From assembly GCA_964016885.1 (NCBI GenBank), contig OZ024749.1:18848001-18912000 (forward strand): DNA of 64,000 bases, read 5' to 3'. The stretch is from Eledone cirrhosa. Lineage: Eukaryota. This document shows positions 28,901 through 43,700 of the stretch, in pieces. The stretch's first letter is position 1; each line of letters starts with the position of its first letter. Below the pieces are notes generated by a model, which was not told the DNA's origin, made no database searches, and worked only from the letters and a program-made list of their open reading frames with translations. Made by a program: the position numbers and the translations under genes.

Positions 28901-30500
28901 CAGTGATGGTAGTGATGACAGTGATGGTAGTGATGACAGTGAAGGTAGTGATGGTAGTGATGACAGTGATGACAGTGATGACAGTGATGGTAGTGATGGT
29001 AGTGATGGCAGTGATGGTAGTGATGACAGTGATGACAGTGATGGCAGTGATGATAGTGATGGTAGTGATGACAGTGATGACAGTGATGGTATTGAAGGTA
29101 GTGATGGTACTGATGACAGTGATGGCAGTGATGACAGTGATGGTAGTGATGGCAGTGATGACAGTGATGACAGTGATGGCAGTGATGATAGTGATGGTAG
29201 TGATGGCAGTGATGGTAGTGATGACAGTGATGACAGTGATGGCAGTGATGACAGTGATGGCAGTGATGGCAGTGATGGTAGTGATGACAGTGATGGCAGT
29301 GATGACAGTGATGGTAGTGATGGCAGTGATGGTAGTGATGACAGTGATGGTAGTGATGGCAGTGATGGTAGGGATGACAGTGATGGTAGTGATGGCAGTG
29401 ATGGTAGTGATGGCAGTGATGGTAGTGATGACAGTGATGGTCGTGATGACAGTGATCGTAGTGATGACAGTGATGACAGTGATGGTAGTGATGACAGTGA
29501 TGACAGTGATGGTAATGATGACAGTGATGACAGTGATGGCAGTGATGACAGTGATGGTAGTGATGACAGTGATGGTAGTGATGACAGTGATGGCAGTGAT
29601 GACAGTGATGGTAGTGATGACAGTGATGGCAGTGATGACAGTGATGGTAGTGATGACAGTGATGACAGTGATGGCAGTGATGACAGTGATGGTAGTGATG
29701 ACAGTGATGACAGTGATGGCAGTGATGACAGTGATGGTAGTGATGACAGTGATGACAGTGATGGTAGTGATGACAGTGGTGACAGTGATGACAGTGATGG
29801 TAGTGAGGACAGTGATGGTAGTGATGGTAGTGATGGCAGTGATGACAGTGATGGTAGTGATGGCAGTGATGACAGTGATGATAGTGATGGCAGTGATGGT
29901 AGTGATGACATTGATGACAGTGATGACAGTGATGACTGTGATGACAGTGATGGTAGTGATGACAGTGATGACAGTGATGGTAGTGATGACAGTGATGACA
30001 GTGATGGCAGTGATGACAGTGATGGTAGTGATGACAGTGATTACAGTGATGACAGTGATGGCAGTGATGACAGTGATGGTAGTGATGACAGTGATGTTAG
30101 TGATGACAGTGATGGTAGTGATGACAGTGATGACAGTGATGGTAGTGATGACATTTATGACAGTGATGGCAGTGATGGAAGTGATGGTAGTGATGACAGT
30201 GATGGCAGTGATGGCAGTGATGACAGTGATGACAGTGATGGTAGTGATGACAGTGATGACAGTGATGGTAGTGATGGCAGTGATGACAGTGATGGTAGTG
30301 ATGACAGTGATGACAGTGATGACAGTGATGAGAGTGATGACAGTGATGGTAGTGATGACAGTGATGGTAGTGATGACAGTGATGACAGTGATGACAGTGA
30401 TGGTAGTGATGACAGTGATGACAGTGATGGCAGTGATGACAGTGATGGTAGTGATGACAGTGATGGTAGTGATGACAGTGATGACAGTGATGGCAGTGAT
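10500..30500. repeat. Tandem higher-order duplication, period ~9.7 kb (copies ~10500-20270 and ~20270-30030, short partial third copy)
   Basis: Marker pairs: AGC cluster 12011/21746 (+9735), GTC 12976/22711 (+9735), ATTGAA 14149/23893, 15729/25383, 17952/27651 and 19347/29091, ACTCAT 15747/25401 (+9654), GATAGC 18744/28488 (+9744), deletions 14940/24594 and 15541/25195, ATTTAT 10636/20398/30153 and 16782/26499. Confidence 0.92.
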
Positions 30501-33500
30501 GGAAGTGATGGTAGTGATGACAGTGATGACAGTGATGGTAGTGATGACAGTGATGGTAGTGATGACAGTGATGGCAGTGATGGCAGTGATGACAGTGATG
30601 GTAGTGATGGTAGTGATGACAGTGATGGTAGTGATGACATTGATGGTAGTGATGGTACTGATGACAGTGATGTTAGTGATGACAGTGATGACAGTGATGA
30701 CAGTGATGGTAGTGATGACAGTGATGGTAGTGATGACAGTGATGACAGTGATGGCAGTGATGGTAGTGATGACAGTGATGACAGTGATGGCAGTGATGAC
30801 AGTGATGGTAGTGATGACAGTGATGGCAGTGATGACAGTGATGGTAGTGATGGTACTGATGACAGTGATGTTAGTGATGGTACTGATGACAGTGATGTTA
30901 GTGATGACAGTGATGACAGTGATGGTAGTGATGACAGTGATGACAGTGATGGTAGTGATGACAGTGATGGTAGTGATGACAGTGATGACAGTGACGGTAG
31001 TGATGACAGTGATGGCAGTGATGACAGTGATGACAGTGATGAGTGATGGTAGTGATGGTAGTGATGGTACTGATGACAGTGATGGCAGTGATGACAGTGA
31101 TGGTACTGATGACAGTGATGGCAGTGATGACAGTGATGGTAGTGATGACAGTGATGGCAGTGATGACAGTGATGGTAGTGATGGTACTGATGACAGTGAT
31201 GTTAGTGATGACAGTGATGACAGTGATGGTAGTGATGACAGTGATGACAGTGATGACAGTGATGGTAGTGATGACAGTGATGGTAGTGATGACAGTGATG
31301 GTAGTGATGACAGTGATGACAGTGATGACAGTGATGGTAGTGATGACAGTGATGGTAGTGATGGCAGTGATGGTAGTGATGACAGTGATGACAGTGATGG
31401 TAGTGATGACAGTGATGGTAGTGATGACAGTGATGACAGTGATGGTAGTGATGACAGTGATGGCAGTGATGGTAGTGATGACAGTGATGACAGTGATGAC
31501 AGTGATGGTAGTGATGGCAGTGATGGCAGTGATGACAGTGATGGTAGTGATGACAGTGATGGTAGTGATGACAGTGATGACAGTGATGACAGTGATGGTA
31601 GTGATGACAGTGATGGTAGTGATGGCAGTGATGGTAGTGATGACAGTGATGACAGTGATGGTAGTGATGACAGTGATGGTAGTGATGACAGTGATGACAG
31701 TGATGGTAGTGATGACAGTGATGGCAGTGATGGTAGTGATGACAGTGATGACAGTGATGACAGTGATGGTAGTGATGGTAGTGATGGCAGTGATGACAGT
31801 GATGGTAGTAATGACAGTGATGGTAGTGATGACAGTGATGGTAGTGATGACAGTGATGACAGTGATGGCAGTGATGACAGTGATGGTAGTGATGACAGTG
31901 ATGGCAGTGATGGTAGTGATGACAGTGATGGTAGTGATGACAGTGATGACAGTGATGGTAGTGATGGTAGTGATGGTAATGATGACAGTGATGGCAGTGA
32001 TGACAGTGATGGTAGTGATGACAGTGATGGTAGTGATGACAGTGATGGTAGTGATGACAGTGATGACAGTGATGACAGTGATGGTAGTGATGGTAGTGAT
32101 GGCAGTGATGGTAGTGATGACAGTGATGGCAGTGATGGCAGTGATGACAGTGATGGTGGTGAAGGTAGTGATGGTACTGATGACAGTGATGTTAGTGATG
32201 ACAGTGATGACAGTGATGACAGTGATGGTAGTGATGACAGTGATGACAGTGATGGTAGTGATGACAGTGATGGTAGTGATGACATTGATGACAGTGACGG
32301 TAGTGATTACAGTGATGGCAGTGATGACAGTGATGACAGTGATGACAGTGATGGTAGTGATGACAGTGATTACAGTGATGACAGTGATGGCAGTGATGAC
32401 AGTGATGGTAGTGATGACAGTGATGTTAGTGATGACAGTGATGGTAGTGATGACAGTGATGACAGTGATGACAGTGATGGTAGTGATGACATTTATGACA
32501 GTGATGGCAGTGATGGAAGTGATGGTAGTGATGACAGTGATGGCAGTGATGGCAGTGATGACAGTGATGACAGTGATGGTAGTGATGACAGTGATGACAG
32601 TGATGGTAGTGATGGCAGTGATGACAGTGATGGTAGTGATGACAGTGATGACAGTGATGACAGTGATGAGAGTGATGACAGTGATGGTAGTGATGACAGT
32701 GATGGTAGTGATGACAGTGATGACAGTGATGACAGTGATGGTAGTGATGACAGTGATGACAGTGATGGCAGTGATGACAGTGATGGTAGTGATGACAGTG
32801 ATGGTAGTGATGACAGTGATGACAGTGATGGCAGTGATGGAAGTGATGGTAGTGATGACAGTGATGACAGTGATGGTAGTGATGACAGTGATGGTAGTGA
32901 TGACAGTGATGGCAGTGATGGCAGTGATGACAGTGATGGTAGTGATGGTAGTGATGAGAGTGATGGTAGTGATGACATTGATGGTAGTGATGGTACTGAT
33001 GACAGTGATGTTAGTGATGACAGTGATGACAGTGATGACAGTGATGGTAGTGATGACAGTGATGGTAGTGATGACAGTGATGACAGTGATGGCAGTGATG
33101 GCAGTGATGGTAGTGATGACAGTGATGACAGTGATGGCAGTGATGACAGTGATGGTAGTGATGACAGTGATGGCAGTGATGACAGTGATGGTAGTGATGG
33201 TACTGATGACAGTGATGTTAGTGATGGTACTGATGACAGTGATGTTAGTGATGACAGTGATGACAGTGATGGTAGTGATGACAGTGATGGTAGTGATGAC
33301 AGTGATGACAGTGACGGTAGTGATGACAGTGATGGCAGTGATGACAGTGATGACAGTGATGACAGTGATGGTAGTGATGGTAGTGATGGTACTGATGACA
33401 GTGATGGCAGTGATGACAGTGATGGTACTGATGACAGTGATGGCAGTGATGACAGTGATGGTAGTGATGACAGTGATGGCAGTGATGACAGTGATGGTAG

Positions 33501-34640
33501 TGATGGTACTGATGACAGTGATGTTAGTGATGACAGTGATGACAGTGATGGTAGTGATGACAGTGATGACAGTGATGGTAGTGATGACAGTGATGACAGT
33601 GATGGTAGTGATGACAGTGATGGTAGTGATGACAGTGATGGTAGTGATGACAGTGATGACAGTGATGACAGTGATGGTAGTGATGACAGTGATGGTAGTG
33701 ATGGCAGTGATGGTAGTGATGACAGTGATGACAGTGATGGTAGTGATGACAGTGATGGTAGTGATGACAGTGATGACAGTGATGGTAGTGATGACAGTGA
33801 TGGCAGTGATGGTAGTGATGACAGTGATGACAGTGATGACAGTGATGGTAGTGATGGCAGTGATGGCAGTGATGACAGTGATGGTAGTGATGACAGTGAT
33901 GGTAGTGATGACAGTGATGACAGTGATGACAGTGATGGTAGTGATGACAGTGATGGTAGTGATGGCAGTGATGGTAGTGATGACAGTGATGACAGTGATG
34001 GTAGTGATGACAGTGATGGTAGTGATGACAGTGATGACAGTGATGGTAGTGATGACAGTGATGGCAGTGATGGTAGTGATGACAGTGATGACAGTGATGA
34101 CAGTGATGGTAGTGATGGTAGTGATGGCAGTGATGACAGTGATGGTAGTAATGACAGTGATGGTAGTGATGACAGTGATGGTAGTGATGACAGTGATGAC
34201 AGTGATGGCAGTGATGACAGTGATGGTAGTGATGACAGTGATGGCAGTGATGGTAGTGATGACAGTGATGGTAGTGATGACAGTGATGACAGTGATGGTA
34301 GTGATGGTAGTGATGGTAATGATGACAGTGATGGCAGTGATGACAGTGATGGTAGTGATGACAGTGATGGTAGTGATGACAGTGATGGTAGTGATGACAG
34401 TGATGACAGTGATGACAGTGATGGTAGTGATGGTAGTGATGGCAGTGATGGTAGTGAGGACAGTGATGGCAGTGATGGCAGTGATGACAGTGATGGTGGT
34501 GAAGGTAGTGATGGTACTGATGACAGTGATGTTAGTGATGACAGTGATGACAGTGATGACAGTGATGGTAGTGATGACAGTGATGACAGTGATGGTAGTG
34601 ATGACAGTGATGGTAGTGATGACATTGATGACAGTGACGG
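30030..34640. repeat. Tandem higher-order duplication, period ~2.34 kb
   Basis: TAC unit 30042/32371, ATTTAT 30153/32491 (+2338) and GGTGGTGAA 32155/34495 (+2340), with the same order of ACT/GTT variants between them. Confidence 0.85.
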
Positions 34641-37600
34641 TAGTGATGACAGTGATGGCAGTGATGACAGTGATGACAGTGATGACAGTGATGGTAGTGA
34701 TGGTAGTGATGGTACTGATGACAGTGATGGCAGTGATGACAGTGATGGTAGTGATGACAGTGATGGCAGTGATGACAGTGATGGTAGTGATGGTACTGAT
34801 GACAGTGATGTTAGTGATGACAGTGATGACAGTGATGACAGTGATGGTAGTGATGACAGTGATGGTAGTGATGACAGTGATGGTAGTGATGACAGTGATG
34901 GTAGTGATGACAGTGATGACAGTGGTGGTAGTGATGACAGTGATGGTAGTGATGGTAGTGATGACAGTGATGACAGTGATGGTAGTGATGACAGTGATGG
35001 TAGTGATGACAGTGATGACAGTGATGGTAGTGATGACAGTGATGGCAGTGATGGTAGTGATGACAGTGATGACAGTGATGACAGTGATGGTAGTGATGGC
35101 AGTGATGGCAGTGATGACAGTGATGGTAGTGATGACAGTGATGGTAGTGATGACAGTGATGACAGTGATGACAGTGATGGTAGTGATGACAGTGATGGTA
35201 GTGATGGCAGTGATGGTAGTGATGACAGTGATGACAGTGATGGTAGTGATGACAGTGATGGTAGTGATGACAGTGATGACAGTGATGGTAGTGATGACAG
35301 TGATGGCAGTGATGGTAGTGATGACAGTGATGACAGTGATGACAGTGATGGTAGTGATGGTAGTGATGGCAGTGATGACAGTGATGGTAGTAATGACAGT
35401 GATGGTAGTGATGACAGTGATGGTAGTGATGGTAGTGATGACAGTGATGACAGTGATGGCAGTGATGACAGTGATGGTAGTGATGACAGTGATGGCAGTG
35501 ATGGTAGTGATGACAGTGATGGTAGTGATGACAGTGATGACAGTGATGGTAGTGATGGTAGTGATGGTAATGATGACAGTGATGGCAGTGATGACAGTGA
35601 TGGTAGTGATGACAGTGATGGTAGTGATGACAGTGATGGTAGTGATGGTAGTGATGACAGTGATGACAGTGATGACAGTGATGGTAGTGATGACAGTGAT
35701 GGTAGTGATGGTAGTGATGACAGTGATGACAGTGATGACAGTGATGGTAGTGATGACAGTGATGGTAGTGATGGTAGTGATGACAGTGATGACAGTGATG
35801 ACAGTGATGGTAGTGATGACAGTGATGACAGTGATGGCAGTGATGACAGTGATGGTGGTGAAGGTAGTGATGGCAGTGATGACAGTGATGACAGTGATGG
35901 TAGTGATGGTACTGATGACAGTGATGGCAGTGATGACAGTGATGACAGTGATGGTAGTGATGGCAGTGATGACAGTGATGGCAGTGATGGCAGTGATGAC
36001 AGTGATGGCAATGATGGTAGAGATGGTAGTGATGACAGTGATGACAGTGATGGTAGTGATGGCAGTGATGGTAGTGATGACAGTGATGGTAGTGATGGCA
36101 GTGATGGTAGTGATGACAGTGATGGTAGTGATGACAGTGATGGTAGTGATGACAGTGATGGTAGTGATGGCAGTGATGACAGTGATGGTAGTGATGGCAG
36201 TGATGGTAGTGATGACAGTGATGGTCGTGATGACAGTGATGGTAGTGATGACAGTGATGACAGTGATGGTAGTGATGACAGTGATGACAGTGATGGTAAT
36301 GATGACAGTGATGACAGTGATGACAGTGATGGCAGTGATGACAGTGATGGTAGTGATGACAGTGATGGTAGTGATGACAGTGATGACAGTGATGACAGTG
36401 ATGACAGTGATGGTAGTGATGACAGTGATGACAGTGATGACAGTGATGACAGTGATGGTAGTGATGACAGTGATGGTAGTGATGACAGTGATGACAGTGA
36501 TGGTAATGATGACAGTGATGACAGTGATGACAGTGATGGCAGTGATGACAGTGATGACAGTGATGGATGACAGTGATGGTAGTGATGACAGTGATGACAG
36601 TGATGGCAGTGATGACAGTGATGGTAGTGATGACAGTGATGACAGTGATGGCAGTGATGACAGTGATGGTAGTGATGACAGTGATGACAGTGATGACAGT
36701 GATGGTAGTGATGACAGTGATGACAGTGATGGTAGTGATGACAGTGGTGACAGTGATGACAGTGATGGTAGTGAGGACAGTGATGGTAGTGATGGTAGTG
36801 ATGGCAGTGATGACAGTGATGGTAGTGATGGCAGTGATGACAGTGATGATAGTGATGGCAGTGATGGTAGTGATGACATTGATGACAGTGATGACAGTGA
36901 TGGTAGTGATGACAGTGATGACAGTGATGGTAGTGATGACAGTGATGACAGTGATGACAGTGATGGTAGTGATGACAGTGATTACAGTGATGACAGTGAT
37001 GGCAGTGATGGTAGTGATGACAGTGATGGTAGTGATGATAGTGATGACAGTGATGGCAGTGATGACAGTGATGACAGTGATGACAGTGATGGTAGTGATG
37101 ACATTGATGACAGTGATGGTAGTGATGGCAGTGATGACAGTGATGACAGTGATGGTAGTGATGACAGTGATGACAGTGATGAGAGTGATGACAGTGATGG
37201 TAGTGATGACAGTGATGGTAGTGATGACATTGATGACAGTGATGACAGTGATGACTGTGATGACAGTGATGGTAGTGATGACAGTGATGACAGTGATGGT
37301 AGTGATGACAGTGATGACAGTGATCGCAGTGATGACAGTGATGGTAGTGATGACAGTGATTACAGTGATGACAGTGATGGCAGTGATGACAGTGATGGTA
37401 GTGATGACAGTGATGTTAGTGATGACAGTGATGGTAGTGATGACAGTGATGACAGTGATGACAGTGATGACAGTGATGGTAGTGATGACATTTATGACAG
37501 TGATGGCAGTGATGGAAGTGATGGTAGTGATGACAGTGATGGCAGTGATGGCAGTGATGACAGTGATGACAGTGATGGTAGTGATGACAGTGATGACAGT

Positions 37601-37749
37601 GATGGTAGTGATGGCAGTGATGACAGTGATGACAGTGATGGTAGTGATGACAGTGATGACAGTGATGACAGTGATGAGAGTGATGACAGTGATGGTAGTG
37701 ATGACAGTGATGGTAGTGATGAGTGATGACAGTGATGACAGTGATGGTA

Positions 37750-40700
37750 GTGATGACAGTGATGACAGTGATGACAGTGATGGTAGTGATGACAGTGATG
37801 GTAGTGATGACAGTGATGGTAGTGATGACAGTGATGGCAGTGATGGAAGTGATGGTAGTGATGACAGTGATGACAGTGATGGCAGTGATGACAGTGATGG
37901 TAGTGATGACAGTGATGGCAGTGATGGCAGTGATGACAGTGATGGTAGTGATGGTAGTGATGACAGTGATGGTAGTGATGGTACTGATGACAGTGATGTT
38001 AGTGATGACAGTGATGACAGTGATGGTAGTGATGACAGTGATGGTAGTGATGACAGTGATGACAGTGATGGCAGTGATGACAGTGATGGTAGTGATGACA
38101 GTGATGACAGTGATGGCAGTGATGACAGTGATGGTAGTGATGACAGTGATGGCAGTGATGACAGTGATGGTAGTGATGGTACTGATGACAGTGATGTTAG
38201 TGATGGTACTGATGACAGTGATGTTAGTGATGACAGTGATGACAGTGATGGTAGTGATGACAGTGATGACAGTGATGGTAGTGATGACAGTGATGGTAGT
38301 GATGACATTGATGACAGTGACGGTAGTGATGACAGTGATGGCAGTGATGACAGTGATGACAGTGATGACAGTGATGGTAGTGATGGTACTGATGACAGTG
38401 ATGGCAGTGATGACAGTGATGGTACTGATGACAGTGATGGCAGTGATGACAGTGATGGTAGTGATGACAGTGATGGCAGTGATGACAGTGATGGTAGTGA
38501 TGGTACTGATGACAGTGATGTTAGTGATGACAGTGATGACAGTGATGACAGTGATGGTAGTGATGACAGTGATGACAGTGATGGTAGTGATGACAGTGAT
38601 GACAGTGATGGTAGTGATGACAGTGATGGTAGTGATGACAGTGATGGTAGTGATGACAGTGATGACAGTGATGACAGTGATGGTAGTGATGACAGTGATG
38701 GTAGTGATGGCAGTGATGGTAGTGATGACAGTGATGACAGTGATGGTAGTGATGACAGTGATGGTAGTGATGACAGTGATGACAGTGATGGTAGTGATGA
38801 CAGTGATGGCAGTGATGGTAGTGATGACAGTGATGACAGTGATGACAGTGATGGTAGTGATGGCAGTGATGGCAGTGATGGTAGTGATGGTAGTGATGAC
38901 AGTGATGACAGTGATGGTAGTGATGACAGTGATGGTAGTGATGGCAGTGATGGTAGTGATGACAGTGATGACAGTGATGGTAGTGATGACAGTGATGGTA
39001 GTGATGACAGTGATGACAGTGATGGTAGTGATGACAGTGATGGCAGTGATGGTAGTGATGACAGTGATGACAGTGATGACAGTGATGGTAGTGATGGTAG
39101 TGATGGCAGTGATGACAGTGATGGTAGTAATGACAGTGATGGTAGTGATGACAGTGATGGTAGTGATGGTAGTGATGACAGTGATGACAGTGATGGCAGT
39201 GATGACAGTGATGGTAGTGATGACAGTGATGGCAGTGATGGTAGTGATGACAGTGATGGTAGTGATGACAGTGATGACAGTGATGGTAGTGATGGTAGTG
39301 ATGGTAATGATGACAGTGATGGCAGTGATGACAGTGATGGTAGTGATGACAGTGATGGTAGTGATGACAGTGATGGTAGTGATGGTAGTGATGACAGTGA
39401 TGACAGTGATGGTAGTGATGGTAGTGATGGCAGTGATGGTAGTGATGACAGTGATGGCAGTGATGACAGTGATGGTGGTGAAGGTAGTGATGGTACTGAT
39501 GACAGTGATGTTAGTGATGACAGTGATGACAGTGATGACAGTGATGGTAGTGATGACAGTGATGACAGTGATGGTAGTGATGACAGTGATGGTAGTGATG
39601 ACATTGATGACAGTGACGGTAGTGATGACAGTGATGGCAGTGATGACAGTGATGACAGTGATGGTAGTGATGGTAGTGATGGTACTGATGACAGTGATGG
39701 CAGTGATGACAGTGATGGTAGTGATGACAGTGATGGCAGTGATGACAGTGATGACAGTGATGTTAGTGATGACAGTGATGACAGTGATGACAGTGATGGT
39801 AGTGATGACAGTGATGACAGTGATGACAGTGATGGTAGTGATGACAGTGATGGTAGTGATGACAGTGATGGTAGTGATGACAGTGATGGTAGTAATGACA
39901 GTGATGACAGTGATGACAGTGATGGTAGTGATGACAGTGATGGTAGTGATGGCAGTGATGGTAGTGATGACAGTGATGACAGTGATGGTAGTGATGACAG
40001 TGATGGTAGTGATGACAGTGATGACAGTGATGGTAGTGATGACAGTGATGGCAGTGATGGTAGTGATGACAGTGATGACAGTGATGGTAGTGATGGCAGT
40101 GATGGCAGTGATGACAGTGATGGTAGTGATGACAGTGATGGTAGTGATGACAGTGATGACAGTGATGACAGTGATGGTAGTGATGACAGTGATGGTAGTG
40201 ATGGCAGTGATGGTAGTGATGACAGTGATGACAGTGATGGTAGTGATGACAGTGATGGTAGTGATGACAGTGATGACAGTGATGGTAGTGATGACAGTGA
40301 TGGCAGTGATGGTAGTGATGACAGTGATGACAGTGATGACAGTGATGGTAGTGATGGTAGTGATGGCAGTGATGACAGTGATGGTAGTAATGACAGTGAT
40401 GGTAGTGATGACAGTGATGGTAGTGATGGTAGTGATGACAGTGATGACAGTGATGGCAGTGATGACAGTGATGGTAGTGATGACAGTGATGGTAGTGATG
40501 ACAGTGATGGCAGTGATGACAGTGATGACAGTGATGGTAGTGATGGTAGTGATGGTAATGATGACAGTGATGGCAGTGATGACAGTGATGGTAGTGATGA
40601 CAGTGATGGTAGTGATGACAGTGATGGTAGTGATGGTAGTGATGACAGTGATGACAGTGATGACAGTGATGGTAGTGATGGCAGTGATGGTAGTGATGAC

Positions 40701-43700
40701 AGTGATGACAGTGATGGCAGTGATGACAGTGATGGTGGTGAAGGTAGTGATGGCAGTGATGACAGTGATGACAGTGATGGTAGTGATGGTACTGATGACA
40801 GTGATGGCAGTGATGACAGTGATGACAGTGATGGTAGTGATGGCAGTGATGACAGTGATGGCAGTGATGGCAGTGATGACAGTGATGGCAATGATGGTAG
40901 AGATGGTAGTGATGACAGTGATGGCAGTGATGACAGTGATGGTAGTGATGGCAGTGATGGTAGTGATGACAGTGATGGTAGTGATGGCAGTGATGGTAGT
41001 GATGACAGTGATGGTAGTGATGACAGTGATGGTAGTGATGACAGTGATGGTAGTGATGGCAGTGATGACAGTGATGGTAGTGATGGCAGTGATGGTAGTG
41101 ATGACAGTGATGGTCGTGATGACAGTGATGGTAGTGATGACAGTGATGACAGTGATGGTAGTGATGACAGTGATGACAGTGATGGTAATGATGACAGTGA
41201 TGACAGTGATGACAGTGATGGCAGTGATGACAGTGATGGTAGTGATGACAGTGATGGTAGTGATGACAGTGATGACAGTGATGACAGTGATGACAGTGAT
41301 GGTAGTGATGACAGTGATGACAGTGATGACAGTGATGGTAGTGATGACAGTGATGGTAGTGATGACAGTGATGACAGTGATGGTAATGATGACAGTGATG
41401 ACAGTGATGGCAGTGATGACAGTGATGACAGTGATGGATGACAGTGATGGTAGTGATGACAGTGATGACAGTGATGGCAGTGATGACAGTGATGGTAGTG
41501 ATGACAGTGATGACAGTGATGGCAGTGATGACAGTGATGGTAGTGATGACAGTGATGACAGTGATGACAGTGATGGTAGTGATGACAGTGATGACAGTGA
41601 TGGTAGTGATGACAGTGGTGACAGTGATGACAGTGATGGTAGTGAGGACAGTGATGGTAGTGATGGTAGTGATGGCAGTGATGACAGTGATGGTAGTGAT
41701 GGCAGTGATGACAGTGATGATAGTGATGGCAGTGATGGTAGTGATGACATTGATGACAGTGATGACAGAGATGACAGTGATGACAGTGATGACAGTGATG
41801 GTAGTGATGACAGTGATGACAGTGATGGTAGTGATGACAGTGATGACAGTGATGGCAGTGATGACAGTGATGGTAGTGATGACAGTGATTACAGTGATGA
41901 CAGTGATGGCAGTGATGACAGTGATGGTAGTGATGACAGTGATGGTAGTGATGATAGTGATGACAGTGATGGCAGTGATGACAGTGATGACAGTGATGAC
42001 AGTGATGGTAGTGATGACATTGATGACAGTGATGACAGTGATGGTAGTGATGACAGTGATGACAGTGATGGTAGTGATGACAGTGATGGTAGTGATGACA
42101 GTGATGACAGTGATGGTAGTGATGACAGTGATGGTAGTGATGACAGTGATGACAGTGATGGTAGTGATGGCAGTGATGGCAGTGATGACAGTGATGGTAG
42201 TGATGACAGTGATGGTAGTGATGACAGTGATGACAGTGATGACAGTGATGGTAGTGATGACAGTGATGGTAGTGATGGCAGTGATGGTAGTGATGACAGT
42301 GATGACAGTGATGGTAGTGATGACAGTGATGGTAGTGATGACAGTGATGACAGTGATGGTAGTGATGACAGTGATGGCAGTGATGGTAGTGATGACAGTG
42401 ATGACAGTGATGACAGTGATGGTAGTGATGGTAGTGATGGCAGTGATGACAGTGATGGTAGTAATGACAGTGATGGTAGTGATGACAGTGATGGTAGTGA
42501 TGGTAGTGATGACAGTGATGACAGTGATGGCAGTGATGACAGTGATGGTAGTGATGACAGTGATGGCAGTGATGGTAGTGATGACAGTGATGGTAGTGAT
42601 GACAGTGATGACAGTGATGGTAGTGATGGTAGTGATGGTAATGATGACAGTGATGGCAGTGATGACAGTGATGGTAGTGATGACAGTGATGGTAGTGATG
42701 ACAGTGATGGTAGTGATGGTAGTGATGACAGTGATGACAGTGATGACAGTGATGGTAGTGATGGCAGTGATGGTAGTGATGACAGTGATGACAGTGATGG
42801 CAGTGATGACAGTGATGGTGGTGAAGGTAGTGATGGCAGTGATGACAGTGATGACAGTGATGGTAGTGATGGTACTGATGACAGTGATGGCAGTGATGAC
42901 AGTGATGACAGTGATGGTAGTGATGGCAGTGATGACAGTGATGGCAGTGATGGCAGTGATGACAGTGATGGCAATGATGGTAGAGATGGTAGTGATGACA
43001 GTGATGGCAGTGATGACAGTGATGGTAGTGATGGCAGTGATGGTAGTGATGACAGTGATGGTAGTGATGGCAGTGATGGTAGTGATGACAGTGATGGTAG
43101 TGATGACAGTGATGGTAGTGATGACAGTGATGGTAGTGATGGCAGTGATGACAGTGATGGTAGTGATGGCAGTGATGGTAGTGATGACAGTGATGGTCGT
43201 GATGACAGTGATGGTAGTGATGACAGTGATGACAGTGATGGCAGTGATGACAGTGATGGTAGTGATGACAGTGATGGCAGTGATGGTAGTGATGACAGTG
43301 ATGACAGTGATGGCAGTGATGACAGTGATGGTAGTGATGACAGTGATGGCAGTGATGGTAGTGATGACAGTGATGGTAGTGATGACAGTGATGACAGTGA
43401 TGGTAGTGATGGTAGTGATGGTAATGATGACAGTGATGGCAGTGATGACAGTGATGGTAGTGATGACAGTGATGGTAGTGATGACAGTGATGGTAGTGAT
43501 GGTAGTGATGACAGTGATGACAGTGATGGTAGTGATGGTAGTGATGGCAGTGATGGTAGTGATGACAGTGATGACAGTGATGGCAGTGATGACAGTGATG
43601 GTGGTGAAGGTAGTGATGGTACTGATGACAGTGATGTTAGTGATGACAGTGATGACAGTGATGACAGTGATGGTAGTGATGACAGTGATGGTAGTGATGA

